Of a DNA stretch of 64,000 nucleotides, positions 37,876 through 50,900 are shown one piece after another (position 1 is the first letter of the stretch; each line of letters opens with the position of its first letter). Position numbers and translations under genes: made by a program. The notes beneath the pieces were generated by a model. The model was not told the DNA's origin. It was given only the letters and a program-made list of their open reading frames with translations, and made no database searches. Origin of the DNA: Veleropilina oligotropha (taxonomy: Eukaryota); assembly GCA_048128005.1 (NCBI GenBank), contig JBEUKZ010000002.1, positions 186,001 to 250,000 of the forward strand, read 5' to 3'.

Positions 37876-40682
37876 TCATATTTGACATGCTATTAGTTGC
37901 ATGAAATTAGGCATTGAAGTTACCTATATTAAGTTGAAAGATGTGCCCACTCTGCCAAATATCAATATTGGTGTCTGAGGTTATGGTCAATGAAAATTTA
38001 ATATATAAATTTCATCATAAATGATGTTCAAAATACATGGTTGCAGTGTGGTCCATGTTTAAAAGTTAAGTCGCCGGGTTCATTGTAATCTATGGAATAT
38101 TTTCCGAACTATATGGTGAGTAATTGTTGCGAATGCGGTAATGTCTCATATCATCAGTCGGCAGCATCGCTTATCATGTTTTCAATATAATTTATATGAT
38201 AACCCATGATGAATGACCATTCCATGAGATCGAAACTCCTAGGCAACCATACCATAGCCTTAAAGAGACTATTCTTTTTTAAAAAGGAAACTAACAGCAT
38301 TACACTTTTTGTTTATAAAAGAAAAAGTTAGGAATTTTCAACACTCCACTTTCGTCAGTAATTTACTACCGTTTAAATTAATCGCTACTGAATATTTAAA
38401 AATACTAAAACGCGGTCCGCGTTTCATTACCTCGCACCGAGTCTATTTCCAATTGACCTAGTTGGAGCACAGTTGCGTTGGTTTCTGTTCGTCAAGTAAG
38501 ATAGCTTTCTACTTGACAATAACATATATTGCCCAGGTACCATAATAATTTCAATAAAAAGTCTATCATTTCATCATATATCGATCATATCTTCGCAAAG
38601 TTTGTATCAATATGCGCGATAGAGGGAGGTCAGGACAACTCGTCCCAGAGACAACTCGTGAATTTACGGGCAATAGTCTCTTTAATAGGGGCTGGTGAAT
38701 TATCAGACCAACGACCAATCCAACTCTTAATAAAACCACAATATCAACATTTATACTTATAGGCATAATGTTTGATTAACATTTCCATTTATATGACAGT
38801 GGGAAATGACCACTCTGTATAATATTTATTTGTTGAGCTGATGCCATTTTATCCCTTTTGTGTGTATTTTTTCTCATTTTAAGCAAATCTTATAATGTCA
38901 ATATGCGAAATTATATAACTGATAATAAAGTATTATTTCATAAGTATTATCTCTTTAATACGTCATACGTATCTTTATTAACATAGATATCCCAACCTTT
39001 GAAGCATTTCTGCATTACAAAAATGATATTAATCATCAGGAGGAGACAACACGCACATGCTAAAAAGAAGACGTCACGAGACGTACTCATATTAATTGTT
39101 GGAGCTGATGGGGACATTATAATAAACTTATTGATCAGCCTACTATATTGACAGCACGCAATAAAAGACACGCCTAAGTCTGAATGTGGTGCAATGTTTT
39201 TTTAGTGTAGAAATTTGTTTGACAAGCAATTTTGAATTGCCCACAAAGTTTTCATGACCACGATTATACCGCACAGGGCAATCCCACCGACCAGGTGGTA
39301 TCATTTTTCAGCCTTTTACGAATTGACAATGACCACCAAACCTCGTTGTATATCCTTTACATAACACCTACCACTAGATCAATTAAATTTCTTTAATTAG
39401 CAGAAAGCGAGTCTCCAGAAAAGGGATCCGATGAAAAACAATCTGACACAACACCAATAAGCGACATGCCACCTTGGGCACCAATCGGCGACATAGATCA
39501 GGCTTCTACATAATGGACATGGTTTATAGCATCTAGATTATGTATATCCTACCTCTAATCGGACGACATTCATGGGGCAGGATGGTCGAGAGATTACCCT
39601 GATCCAGATACAAGAGTTATATTGCTTTGTGTCTCAAGAATTTGTCACATTTTTTCAGACGTAATGCAGTCAATAACCAATTTTCACGTCTTTATCCAAC
39701 CAGACAATTGGCGATGATGTGTGCAATGGGCATGACGTACATGATAAATATATTCTGCACAACGGGAATCAAACCCAGGTCTCCGACTAATTGCATCATA
39801 ACCAGACGTCAACTTTAATCAAACTATTATCTCTGATTAGACCATACTCATATTTTATCCCTCTATTTAACAGTCATGGTTAATTGTTGCAACGTGCTAT
39901 ATTATTTATATCGCTGGGAAACACACCTGCTTCAATATATTTTCAACTTGGTGTTGAACTACACATTCGGAACCAAGGTACAAAATGTGATTGAGCACAG
40001 AAATAAAACTTGTTCAAGGCCATTATAAAGATGCCATCGTAATGAAACCTGTTCCAAAGAAATCTGTTGATCTAGAAAAGGGGTGGAAGCAATTTATGAT
40101 TATTATATGTAAAAGTACTTTGTGAGTAACATGTGGCAATGCTGTATTTAGAACTTATACATCAATGATGATGTAAAGTTGTACAAGCAATATCAGAATT
40201 ACTGAAAGTGTTTTATGATACAAAGTTTATTATTTTTTTATTTATTTTAATTACATGAGGAAAAAGTTTTATGAGCTGATCTGTAATGAATTCTGTTAAA
40301 GTTTACATATTTTAATATGTTCATGAAATTTGCCATTTCATATTAACTAAGCAGAGAGCTCAGTTTTATGTACCTTTTAAGGTATTATTTTCATTCTAAT
40401 GGAATTAATGTAAAACGAAGGAGTTGATGAATAGAGACTGAAAATGAAATAATGAGTGAACAATATTATTGAGATATAAGAGAAAAACGCAATTGAATAA
40501 CTGAGCATGAAATTGTGTGCACATGTAAATAGTATTTTGATTATTATGAATTTGTATTGTGTTTTACTATTATTAAATAGGATTGATTGTAGATTAGTTT
40601 AATATGATATGTTGATTAACCTATGCATTTATGTTGTACAGGATTTACCATGAAAGTGTATATACGATTGATAAGGAAATGT

Positions 40683-40950
40683 ACAGGTTATACAACGAGA
40701 TTTCGTTGTCAAAATCGGAAAAGTCTGCAGTTAACCCACGAGATGCGAAGTTGTTTAACTGCTCGGGCTTTTCCGATTAGATAACACAAATCGAGTGATA
40801 TAACCGACTTAAAACCATTGCAATCGTGTACAACAATTTAAAATATATGATTTTAATAACTCAATACACCCATTTTTAGGGTAAGAAAGTAGCCCCCATA
40901 TTGTCAGACCACGGGCCAAGACAATAGAATGACGTCACAAAAATGGTTTA
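40683..40950 (+). mobile_element. Hairpin repeat family B (Crypton-like, tentative); copies at 45150-45390 and 53418-53710
   Basis: Imperfect palindrome ggttata..cgag...aatcggaaaag.ctgcagttaa...ttccgattaga...gagtgatataacc, with a conserved 3' tail ending tgacgtcacaaaaatggttta. Confidence 0.65.
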
Positions 40951-42216
40951 GATATTGAATAAAGAGTTATCAGTTCTGTTTTTTTAATGTCATTATTGAA
41001 AAGTGCATTGCCCATAATTATCGCCTATTGCCGTACAAGCTTTTCTTACATATATGTGTATGCTATAAAAAGTTTTGATGATTCAAAGTGAAATAACCTA
41101 CATTGTTTGCTGTTTTATAATAAAAAATCACCACTGAAATAGTTCAATCTATCTGCCATTATAATTGTTAACGATTCGACCATTTCGTGCAATTACCGAT
41201 TGATGATTCGTCCATTTTTCAGTATATTTTGTATCAAACATGCAGACACTACTATACGTCAAATATGAATAATTTATTTATCTAAGTTGCATGTGATGTG
41301 ACAGTATTGAAAATAGTAAATCAGTAATAATTTTGCAGCTCTATTTTTCACAATGCTCAAGTTAACTTTGTCAGTGCCCAACTTGACGAAATTTCGTTCG
41401 ACGAACGTCCGTCACTCCAATACTAAAACAGAACCCGGTTTAATTATTATTTACATTTAATTCGTAAGCGCTCCAGATACCCCGTCTATTGAATTTCTTG
41501 GATAAATTTCTAACTTTGGCTAAGTGGAAAAAATATATTTGCGGTCTAAGGTTTAACATTTAAAGCATATATTGCTACTTTAAGTATTTAATAATGACAT
41601 ATTATTATATAACGGTAATTAATGGCAATCAATTATGTAATATTAAATTTATTATGGTATATTTAATATATACTACTTGTTACTATAATTATATGATTGT
41701 TTATAATTATTGTAAGATTTTGTCTTTGGCGAAACATTAAATAGTTTAACTATATTCTGTTATATTTTTATAAAGATCAACCATACCCCATAAAAGACTT
41801 TGCGACAGTATTCATATTTCACTATTTTTTTTTTTGCATCAGTTAGTTCTATGACCGTATTTTAACAATTTTTCAATCGTATTGTATTTGGGATTTCCTG
41901 TTTAACATCTTTATCCAATTAGACGTTCCTGCAACCGGGGATAGAACTGTGGTCTCTCGCTAAATGGATCTATATCATAATAACGTAGCTCACAGATCAC
42001 TTGAAAAAAGTACCTACCATGTTGCACCTTAATCCATCATATAAAAGAAAATATACTATAAAAACGTATTTGAAGCTGCAATCCAGCGATGAAAAGCAGA
42101 AAGCTTGAATTATCCGAACTGTGTGGTCAACCTATGTGTCTATTTGTTTAAATTTTGGAATTACTGTTTTCACAAAATGCTAATTTGCAAATGGTTTGGA
42201 TCGGTGCTTAATGTTT

Positions 42217-42527
42217 CATTTATCAGCCGTAATGGTCAGACTAGGACATGTCAATCATTTATCTGCCGTAATGGTCAGACTAGGACATGTCAATCATTTA
42301 TCAGCCGTAATTGTCAGACTAGGACATGTCAATCATTTATCAGCCGTAAAGGTCAGGCTAGGATATGTCAATCATTTACCAGCCGTAAAGGTCAGACTAA
42401 GACATGTCAATCATTTATCAGCCGTAAAGGTCAGACTAAGACATGTCAATCATTTATCAGCCGTAATGTTCAGACTAGGACATGTCAATCATTTATCAGC
42501 CGTAATGGTCAGACTAGGACATGTCAA
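42217..42527. repeat. 39-bp minisatellite, 8 copies
   Basis: Unit atcatttatcagccgtaatggtcagactaggacatgtca. Confidence 0.95.
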
Positions 42528-43394
42528 TATTATTGCTGGATGAAACAAGCGCATCCGAGAGGAAGCATAGTTGAGTCATAATAAAGTCATCGTGGACATA
42601 CACCACCACACAGACAGATAGCCTCAATACAATAGTTTCTCCGAAAACGGCTCAACTAATAATTGCATTCTGTTATCGACCATTATTTACTCCTAACTCC
42701 CACAGCTAGAGGTTGAAGTCGGCACTAACAACTTCATTAACCCACAGGGGCAAGGTTTTTTAAAGAAAATAGTGGACACTTTCTCAAAGTTAAAACAGAG
42801 AGAATAGTTATTCAAAACCTCGTCGGCATTGCATGAACACGTTCCTGGATCCTGTATATTTATAACCACCAGGCTATGTCCATATTATGACAGTGTGCTG
42901 CCCGGATAACTATTAACGCACTGCAGGTATCCAGGTATGAAATAATGTAGGGGTGTGTTCTTCTCTGATAACTGGTATAGCATGGAATACGATTTGCACA
43001 TCATGTAATTTGTGTATCCAAATTTGGATAAATAATTGCAATTTTAAATTGTCACCTATAAGTTCTGCTAGAGTGCGATGGCATATAATGTTACGCCTAT
43101 GTCGAAGATAAAAGTTGGAGTAATAAAATAATGTACTGCAATCTTCACAAGCATACATAATTGTTACTAGCATATTGCGGCAGCTAATCAGCACAGCCAC
43201 CACATTGTTAAGATGCGTTCTAAATCAACACAAAAACATCCATCTTGGTCCAAGGCATGCTCACTATAAATTTTACACTGTTAAAATTTTGCTCAAAGTG
43301 AAACGAAGTATTTCAGGAGAGGTAAATGCAATAGTGAAACAGTGCAATGTATATATGACATTCTATCGGAGACGTTGTAGTACACATGTGCATT

Positions 43395-45055
43395 GTGTGT
43401 TGTGAGAAGTGTTGTTGCGTTGTTGAAAGAGTTTTTGCGTTGTTGAAAGAGTTTTGCGTCGTGGAAAGAGTTTTTGCGTTGTGAGAAAAAAAATTGCGTT
43501 GTGAGAAAAGTGTTTGCGTTGTAGAAAGAGTTCTTGCGTTGTGGAAAGAGTTTTTGCGTTGTGAGAAAAGTTTTTGCGTTGTAAGAAGAGTTTTACGTTG
43601 TGGAAAGAGTTTTTGCGTTGTCGAAAGAGATTTTGCGTCGTGGAAAGAGGTTTTGTGTTGTGAAAGAGGTTTGTACGTTGTGGAAAGCGTTATATTTATT
43701 TTTATTTTTTTAAACAGAATTAAATAGAATTTGGTTGGGTTTAGAAAGCGCATTACTGCCACTCATATAAAAACCCATTGAGTTATATTGTCCTCTATAA
43801 CCTGCCCTGCCTCTTAAAATGCTCATCTAGGCGGTTTTTAAATTGGTTTACAGATGTCGATCCCACTACATTATTAGGAAGAGCATTCCATTCATCGACA
43901 ACCCGGTTTGAGAAAAAGTGTTTTCTAACGTCTAATCGGAATCTTTTTTTATAAATCTTGTATTGATGCCCCCGGGTATGACTTTGGTTCATCTGAAAAA
44001 AGAAACTATTGTCAACTTTGTTCTTTTCCTGTAAACATTTTAAACACCTGAATCATATCACCTCTTATCCTTCTCAAAGATAATGTTGTGAGGTTCAGAG
44101 CTCTTAGTCTCTCCTCATATGGTAATTATCTCAATTCTCCTATAAATTTTGTGGCTCTTTGAACTTGTTCTAGTATATTGATATCCTTTGCAAGATATGG
44201 ACACCATGCTTGCACTGCATATTCTAAATGCGGTCTAACCATTTGCTTGTATAGGCGAGTTATGGTGGCTTTAGATTTAAAATTAAAATTTCTCTTTATC
44301 ATTCCCAATATTTGATTTCCTTTTTTGGCTGACTCTGCACATTGATTTGATGGTTTGAATGTCTTGTCTACCCATACACCCAAATATTTTTCTTTGACCA
44401 CTTCTTGTAAAGCTTCTGAACCCATTTCAAAATTATAAGTATTGTTATTAAAACCCACATGCGTTACTTTACATTTGCTGGTGTTGAAAAGCATTTGCCA
44501 GTCCTCAGACAATTTTACCACATTATTTAAATCACCTTGAAGTTTCTTTGCATCTTCTTCTGTTTCGATAATTCTGTACAGCTTGGTATCGTCTGCAAAC
44601 TTGTTTACTAGAGATGTAATGACGTCATCAATGTCATTTAAATATATGAGAAACAACAATGGTCCCAAAACAGAACCTTGTGGGATTCCACTTAGTACTG
44701 GTTTCCATTCTGACTTTATCCCATTTATTTTTGTGAGAAGAATTTTTGCGTCGTATAAAGAGTTTTTGTTGTCGAAAGAGTTTTTGCGTTGTGAGAAGAG
44801 TTTTTGCGTTGTAGCGAGAGTTTTTGTGTTGTGGAAAGAGTTTTTGCGTTGTGAGAAGAGGTTTTGCGTTGTGGAAAGTGTTTTTGCGTTGCGGAAAGAG
44901 TTTTTGCGTTGTTGAAAGAGTTTTTTCGTTGTTAAAAGAGTTTTTGCGTTGTGAGAATGGTTTATGTTACGGTGTACGAAAAGTTATTGCCTTGTAATAA
45001 AATGTTTTGTGTTGTGACAAAGTTATTGTGTTGTGGCCCCTGTGAGGCTCCGTAG
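43395..45055. repeat. ~20-21 bp tandem array (gaaagagtttttgcgttgtg) split by a CR1 insertion
   Basis: The same unit occurs at 43395-43690 and 44732-45035. Confidence 0.85.
43695..44730 (-). mobile_element. 5'-truncated CR1-clade LINE (RT C-terminus and 3' UTR)
   Basis: SGIPQGSVLGPLLFLIYLND, FADDTKL, VRPHLEYAVQAWCPY, TRGHQYKI..RLDVRKHFFSNRVVDEWNALP. Confidence 0.92.
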
Positions 45056-46907
45056 TATATCATATATATAATAAATTTGTGAGGGGAAGGAAAACAGGCT
45101 ATCGAGTCTCTGTTATGTTACTTAACGTACTGGCATACTATCTTGGGTATGGGTTATACCACGAGGTTTGGTTGGGTAATCGGAAAAGCCTGCAGTTAAT
45201 CAACGAGGCGCACGATCTTTTCCGATTAGATAACACAAACCGAGTGATATAACAGACTTAAACCATTGCAAAAGTGTAAAATAATTTAAAATATCATTTT
45301 AATAAACTAATACACCCATTTTTAGTGTAAGAAATTAGTCCCCCGTGGTCTAACTGACAATATGGTCTAACTGACGTCATAAAAATGATTTGAGTGTCAT
45401 TTAATGCTTTAAGTGTTATTTAATGCTTTATGTCTGCGCCTGATATGCATAAGTTGTCGAATAAACAGTAAATACCATATATATGCTATCGCATTGTAAA
45501 ACTGCAATAACAGATTTCTCGTTAAAAACGTGATCGCATGAATTGAAATTATGGTGATTAACAAATTAGATCACAATTGCGACCGATCTTTCACTCCTAG
45601 ATAATTTGGAAATGTCCTGGATTGAACTTGAAGATTATAAATATACAGGACATTAATCATTTAATTAAGCTTTGATCTAATCCAATTTCATCTTTTCGTA
45701 CGCTCGCTCCGTTTCTCAAACATTAATTTCTTTTCCGTTGTTTTCAAGTAATCCGTGTGATTCTCTTTAGACACTTCATGTAAATGGAATCAATTCATCG
45801 CTCCAAGAGACCGCACGCATAATTTTGACATAAAATATGAAGGTAGTAGATATACAGGACATTAAACTTCGATTCAATCCAATATTTTGCAAAGTTGGTT
45901 AACCATGAGCTTTTCTCCATAAATCCACGCTGACTAAGGTTAGCAATTCAAATTTATTTATGTGTTTTAAGGTGGTGTCCTTTAATGTACAGTCCAGTGT
46001 CAGACAACACCTTATTATCCCGCTCCGGTAAAATGAAGGCAGATATATTATTATCGGCCGGTCTGTTTGTATGAATGTTAGCCAGAAAAACCTACCAATC
46101 TGAAAAGCAAAAAGTGTCGGGATAGGTGGGAAACACCTCTAGCTCAACTGGGTCTAGACCAAGATCATCCAAAAGGTGCAATTTTAACCAAATATTTGTC
46201 ATATATTATCAGATTAACTAATCGGGACGACAAGAAATGTTCTGGATAGATGGGGTAATCACAATATATTACCAAAATATAGTATGGACACAATTAGACT
46301 AAAATCACAAAAGATGAAATTTGATGTCAAAATTATCATCGTGAAAAAAAACGCTAAAATTGTAGGTACTTATCTTAAAGATAGATACTGTTAAGTCAGA
46401 GGCGAAGTTGTTTAATGACATACGTACATATATCACGATCTCGTCGCTCAGCTTTGTATGGTGAAATATATTGCAGCTGTACACAATGGAAACGGCGACT
46501 TACCTTAACCGGAACCCAGGTCCTTGCATTTATGTTTCAGCGTCATATGAATTCGACCACAACGATCCATTGAATGTGTGTCTATATTCCAAGTGTGGTA
46601 TTTTTACCTGAACATCGCGGGTATTTCCTTTAGGATCCATGTTCCTTCCAGGGGTCTTTCGCTCCTAATACTGTGTAAATAGTAGTAGAGTATTGCGGCA
46701 TGAACATAAGCGCTATGGCAATTATCTATGGATTTGCATTATAATAAACTCTTAACATATCAGAGTTACGTTGGAATCTGTATCGCGGGTAGTTGACCTA
46801 CATATCGGACAGCACAGGTATAGCACACAATGAATACGAGTAACTTCCTCGGAGATCAGGCTTATCTGAAAAAATACAACACAATATGCGTTTGTAATAT
46901 CATTGAA

Positions 46908-47146
46908 CCGTCCTCGACAGCTCAACTGGATAGAGCGTCGAAAAAACGTTATGTGGGACGGTAGGATGTGGGTTCAAGCACGCACCGGCCTGGCTTATTT
47001 TAAGGCTTAAAACTAATAGATGGCATCTTCCTAATGTATGTCGGTCAGATCGGAGTGAGACCTTAAACTGGGTGTCCCGACAACGTTAAGGCTGAAAAAA
47101 ATGCCAAAGGGGTCGTAAAACAAAGTTGTCAACTCAAGTCAACTCT
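46908..47146 (+). mobile_element. tRNA-derived SINE (second family)
   Basis: A-box-like cagctcaactggatagagcg, B-box-like gggttcaagc, simple-repeat tail tcaactcaagtcaactc. Confidence 0.6.
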
Positions 47147-47974
47147 AATATCATTGACATTGGGGAGAGAAAGAAAGTACGGTGACCAGGTGACAAAGGC
47201 TAAAATTTGGCGCACACTAAACTGACTGTGCCTCATAGGAACGCGCTCGACGATGTTAAATTATTTGCGTGCCTGCATGCATAGATTGTGTTTTAACTTA
47301 GGCATGTATTATAACAAAAGCAAACTAAAATGTTTGCAACATAATGACCGTACCACATGACACAATCCATTGACACTGATTAATTTTATCATATTGAGCC
47401 ATCATTTGCAGATGGCTACTATATGTACGACCATCTTACATAATTTAGTACATTTATAATGTAGTGTATTCTTAAAACATCCTTACTATTATTTATGGTC
47501 ACGTTTTTAAGACGTCTCGTCACCGCGATATTGTGTACCGGTATGCATAAATATGGATACACACAAATGATTGCTCCATTAAATTTCAAATAATTATAAT
47601 AATTTATAAATAATTATAATAAAAAATTAAGGCTGTATTATGCAATATATTACACCTAGACAGTCCCTTAATTATTCCATTATTTATTGATAAGTCCGTT
47701 TTACATTATATGAAATGCAAGTGATTTGTCTTAATATTTGTATTATGTCAAGAACAAATCGTGATTCTTAATAATATATTTCAATTACAACCATCACAAG
47801 TGTATTTCGTGGCAACTCAAGTCCATTAGAATTCGTTCAGCTCAAACATTCAGTCTATTTTGCGAAGTGGTTGATCATGAAGCAACGATTCTACGCCATT
47901 TTGTGTGGCTATGCTGTCTACCGTTTGATGTAGAAACTCATATATTTCAACAGTTTAGTGTACATCAAACCGGT

Positions 47975-50900
47975 ATGAAGCAATCTGAAACCAGTAATCT
48001 AGGACCAAGAGATGAAGATGACGAGGTTGTGCATTATACGATCGGAGGGTTGGATAATAGCAATGACATTGAAACAAAGCTGTCTCTTAGTATTACAAGA
48101 TCTAAACGGTAGGTCTTGCACAAATAATTATCATAGATGTTTTCCAAACGATAAAAAAATGTTTGACTGCCGCTGCTGGAAATACGCGAAGCGTATATTA
48201 ATGTGTGTACCACTTCATTGGAATAAACAGCAATACTGGCATAATCAACGGTGTGTGGTAATACTAAGTGCGTATTTGTGGAAGTACACTTTTGAAGTCA
48301 ATAGAAGCGATTCCATGTGCCGAAATGCGTAGTGCTTCTTGCTCTGCGTGACTATTGTCATGTGGGATTCCTTGTTTACTTCCCTAGGTTCAAAGATGAC
48401 GTCAATGTGTAAAGGTCAAGAGTCTTTCATTGTTTGGCATTCATGTATTGTCAAATACGACATTGTTGTGCATTGCTTGTGAATATATTATTAGTAACAG
48501 CGTGAAGACGTTAGTGTATGGGGATATTACGACGACTATGTCATTGGTGTTTATTGATATGCGAAGCCGGTATCCTCTTCTGTATGCTCGCTTCTGTATG
48601 GGTGGGACACAGCCCATGTCTATTGCACTCCATCTTGTCTTGTCCGACTTACGCTTTCGCCACAAACGAAGTACACATGACGACAGTGCAGGCTTTGGTA
48701 TGATTTGTTTCTCTCATTAGTTCAGCAACAATTTACTGAACTGAATCATGTTCTTTCTTTCGATGAAAAACGTTTTCCACTCCCGAAGAAATTTCATTTT
48801 GTGACCTTTCATGAGCAACGTCTGTCCTTTTCCTCGTCGAAATCAATCATATTGTTAAAACTACAGCAGTGATAAGAAACTGTTATGAAATCGACTCGTT
48901 TTCGTTTCGCATCGAATACAGTCATTGCAATCGATGATGAATACCGCCTACTTAGACATGTGTAAAGTCCTGTTCCAGGTGATGTATCATCTTGGACTTA
49001 TCTTGTTTTCTTGGGGGACCATCAACTGTTGCCAAAGCCCATGATATAAGCTCAAGTGTATGTGACAACGCCTTATCGATGCCAATGTTATTGTTCTCTG
49101 AAACATTGAAAGCATAATCATTTTTTCTATTTTCTGATCTCCACAAACAATTTGACGACCTTCAGTAATTATGCAAAAGCTGTCCCCATTGATTGGTTAC
49201 TGGAATGTATTGTCCATCTGTCTCCTTCTGGATGAAATTCTCAATTGCTTCTGTGCTCGCATGAGGTCAGTGACAATGTTTTAGTTCCAAATGATGTGCA
49301 GTAGAGGGTGTCTGTGCAAACCACTTGAAAGGGATGGATAAATCCTTGAAGAGTACGTTACAATTAACTGATATCTGTATTAATCTGTGCTCTGTTGTCT
49401 TTGGAAACGGATTTCTGATCGGTGCACATGTGTGGCATGTCGAACTCAGATTATGCATATGCGACTCTCATATGTCGGGAGATCCACCATATGTAGTATG
49501 CACTGGCATTTCGACTCAACCCCACGATTCCTCTTAGCGATTTGCATTGTAATCAACGGTCTGTTATATTGTGAGATAACCACAGTAGTGTCTTAATAGT
49601 CAATATGGGCCCCAAAAGGCGACGTTTACTATAGTGTCGCTCCATGTTAACTGTTATTCCTAGGACTTTCGACTTTGAACATCCATTATCAATAAACCGC
49701 GATCACCACTAAATATTCACACTCAATCCGGAACGGTCGATATAATTAACGACGTGTAATATATTGTGCATATCACGTTCTTACAACTCAAATTATATAT
49801 CCTGAATGATCGATTTTTTATTTTAGTAAAATAAAGACCAAAGATTCAAAGTTGAGACAGCTAGTGATTCTGATATGTGGGTTCTACTGCCAGTTTTGTA
49901 GTGTAGGAGCATCGTACGGCTCTGGAGTTATATATGCGGAGTTGGTGACCAAATACCCAGAAGCCCCAAGAGAGCTGCTGGCGTTCGTGTTCACTCTGAG
50001 TATGGGATTAACTTATATCGGCGGTAAGTTTGTAAAGACATTCACCAACAATGAGAGTGCAGTGCTTTGGACAAGGTTGATATTCAACAGCATGTTTAGT
50101 GGACAAGGCACTCAACTTGGTCTGTTTTAAAGCGAGTTATGATTTCGTGACCGACGAACCATTGTTCACCGCTTATTACTAAGATAATGTTGGTTTGTTT
50201 TGTGGTGATGCTTAATATCCTATTGTGACACCCGTTAGGTTCTAACCAGGACGTGTCCATGGCATCGTCGGAGGTAAGCCCGGGAAATACACACGCACAA
50301 GCCAGTTATTGAATGTTAACAGAGCAGAATTGGACAGTCAAGGATTTTAACCCACTCCGGAAAATCAGAGCAGTCAAGCGAATAAATTCGGATCCACGCT
50401 ATTATATAATACACCACCACGAGGCAGTAAAGGAACCGCGACACGCGCTTAAACGGAGACGGTATTTGAACCGAGGTTCCGACAAACAAAGTACGGATTT
50501 AAAATAAATTAAGTCATCAGGCATTATCCCATCGGTTTTGAAAAAACGATGGGATTATGTCGTCACGTAGTCCGCCCGTCTGTCCGTATAGACGACGTGA
50601 ACAGGATATTAGGAAAACCGTACCAGCTAGGAAATTATAATTTGGTATACAGGTTTATTGGGACATAAACTAGGTTGATATTGAATTTCAGGTTATTCCG
50701 CCAAACATTTGCACAGTTATCACCCTTCTTCGACAAACTTACCTTTTCGGACGACGTGAACATGATATAAGGAAAACGGTAACAGCTAGGGAATTCAACT
50801 TTGGTATGCAGGTTTATTGGGACATAAACTAGGTCATTGATATTGAATTTCAGATTATTCCGCCGAATATTTGCGCAGTTATCCCACTTTTTCGATATAA

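Noticed and set aside
42105..42581. Repetitive ORFs and a CRISPR-like look
   Set aside because: Head-to-tail 39-bp minisatellite with no unique spacers, no cas genes and a eukaryotic context.
43313..43762. 149-aa repetitive ORF
   Set aside because: Translation of the 20-21 bp tandem array.
46908..46990. Possible tRNA gene
   Set aside because: Pol III boxes are present but there is no convincing cloverleaf, and it continues into a SINE body and tail.
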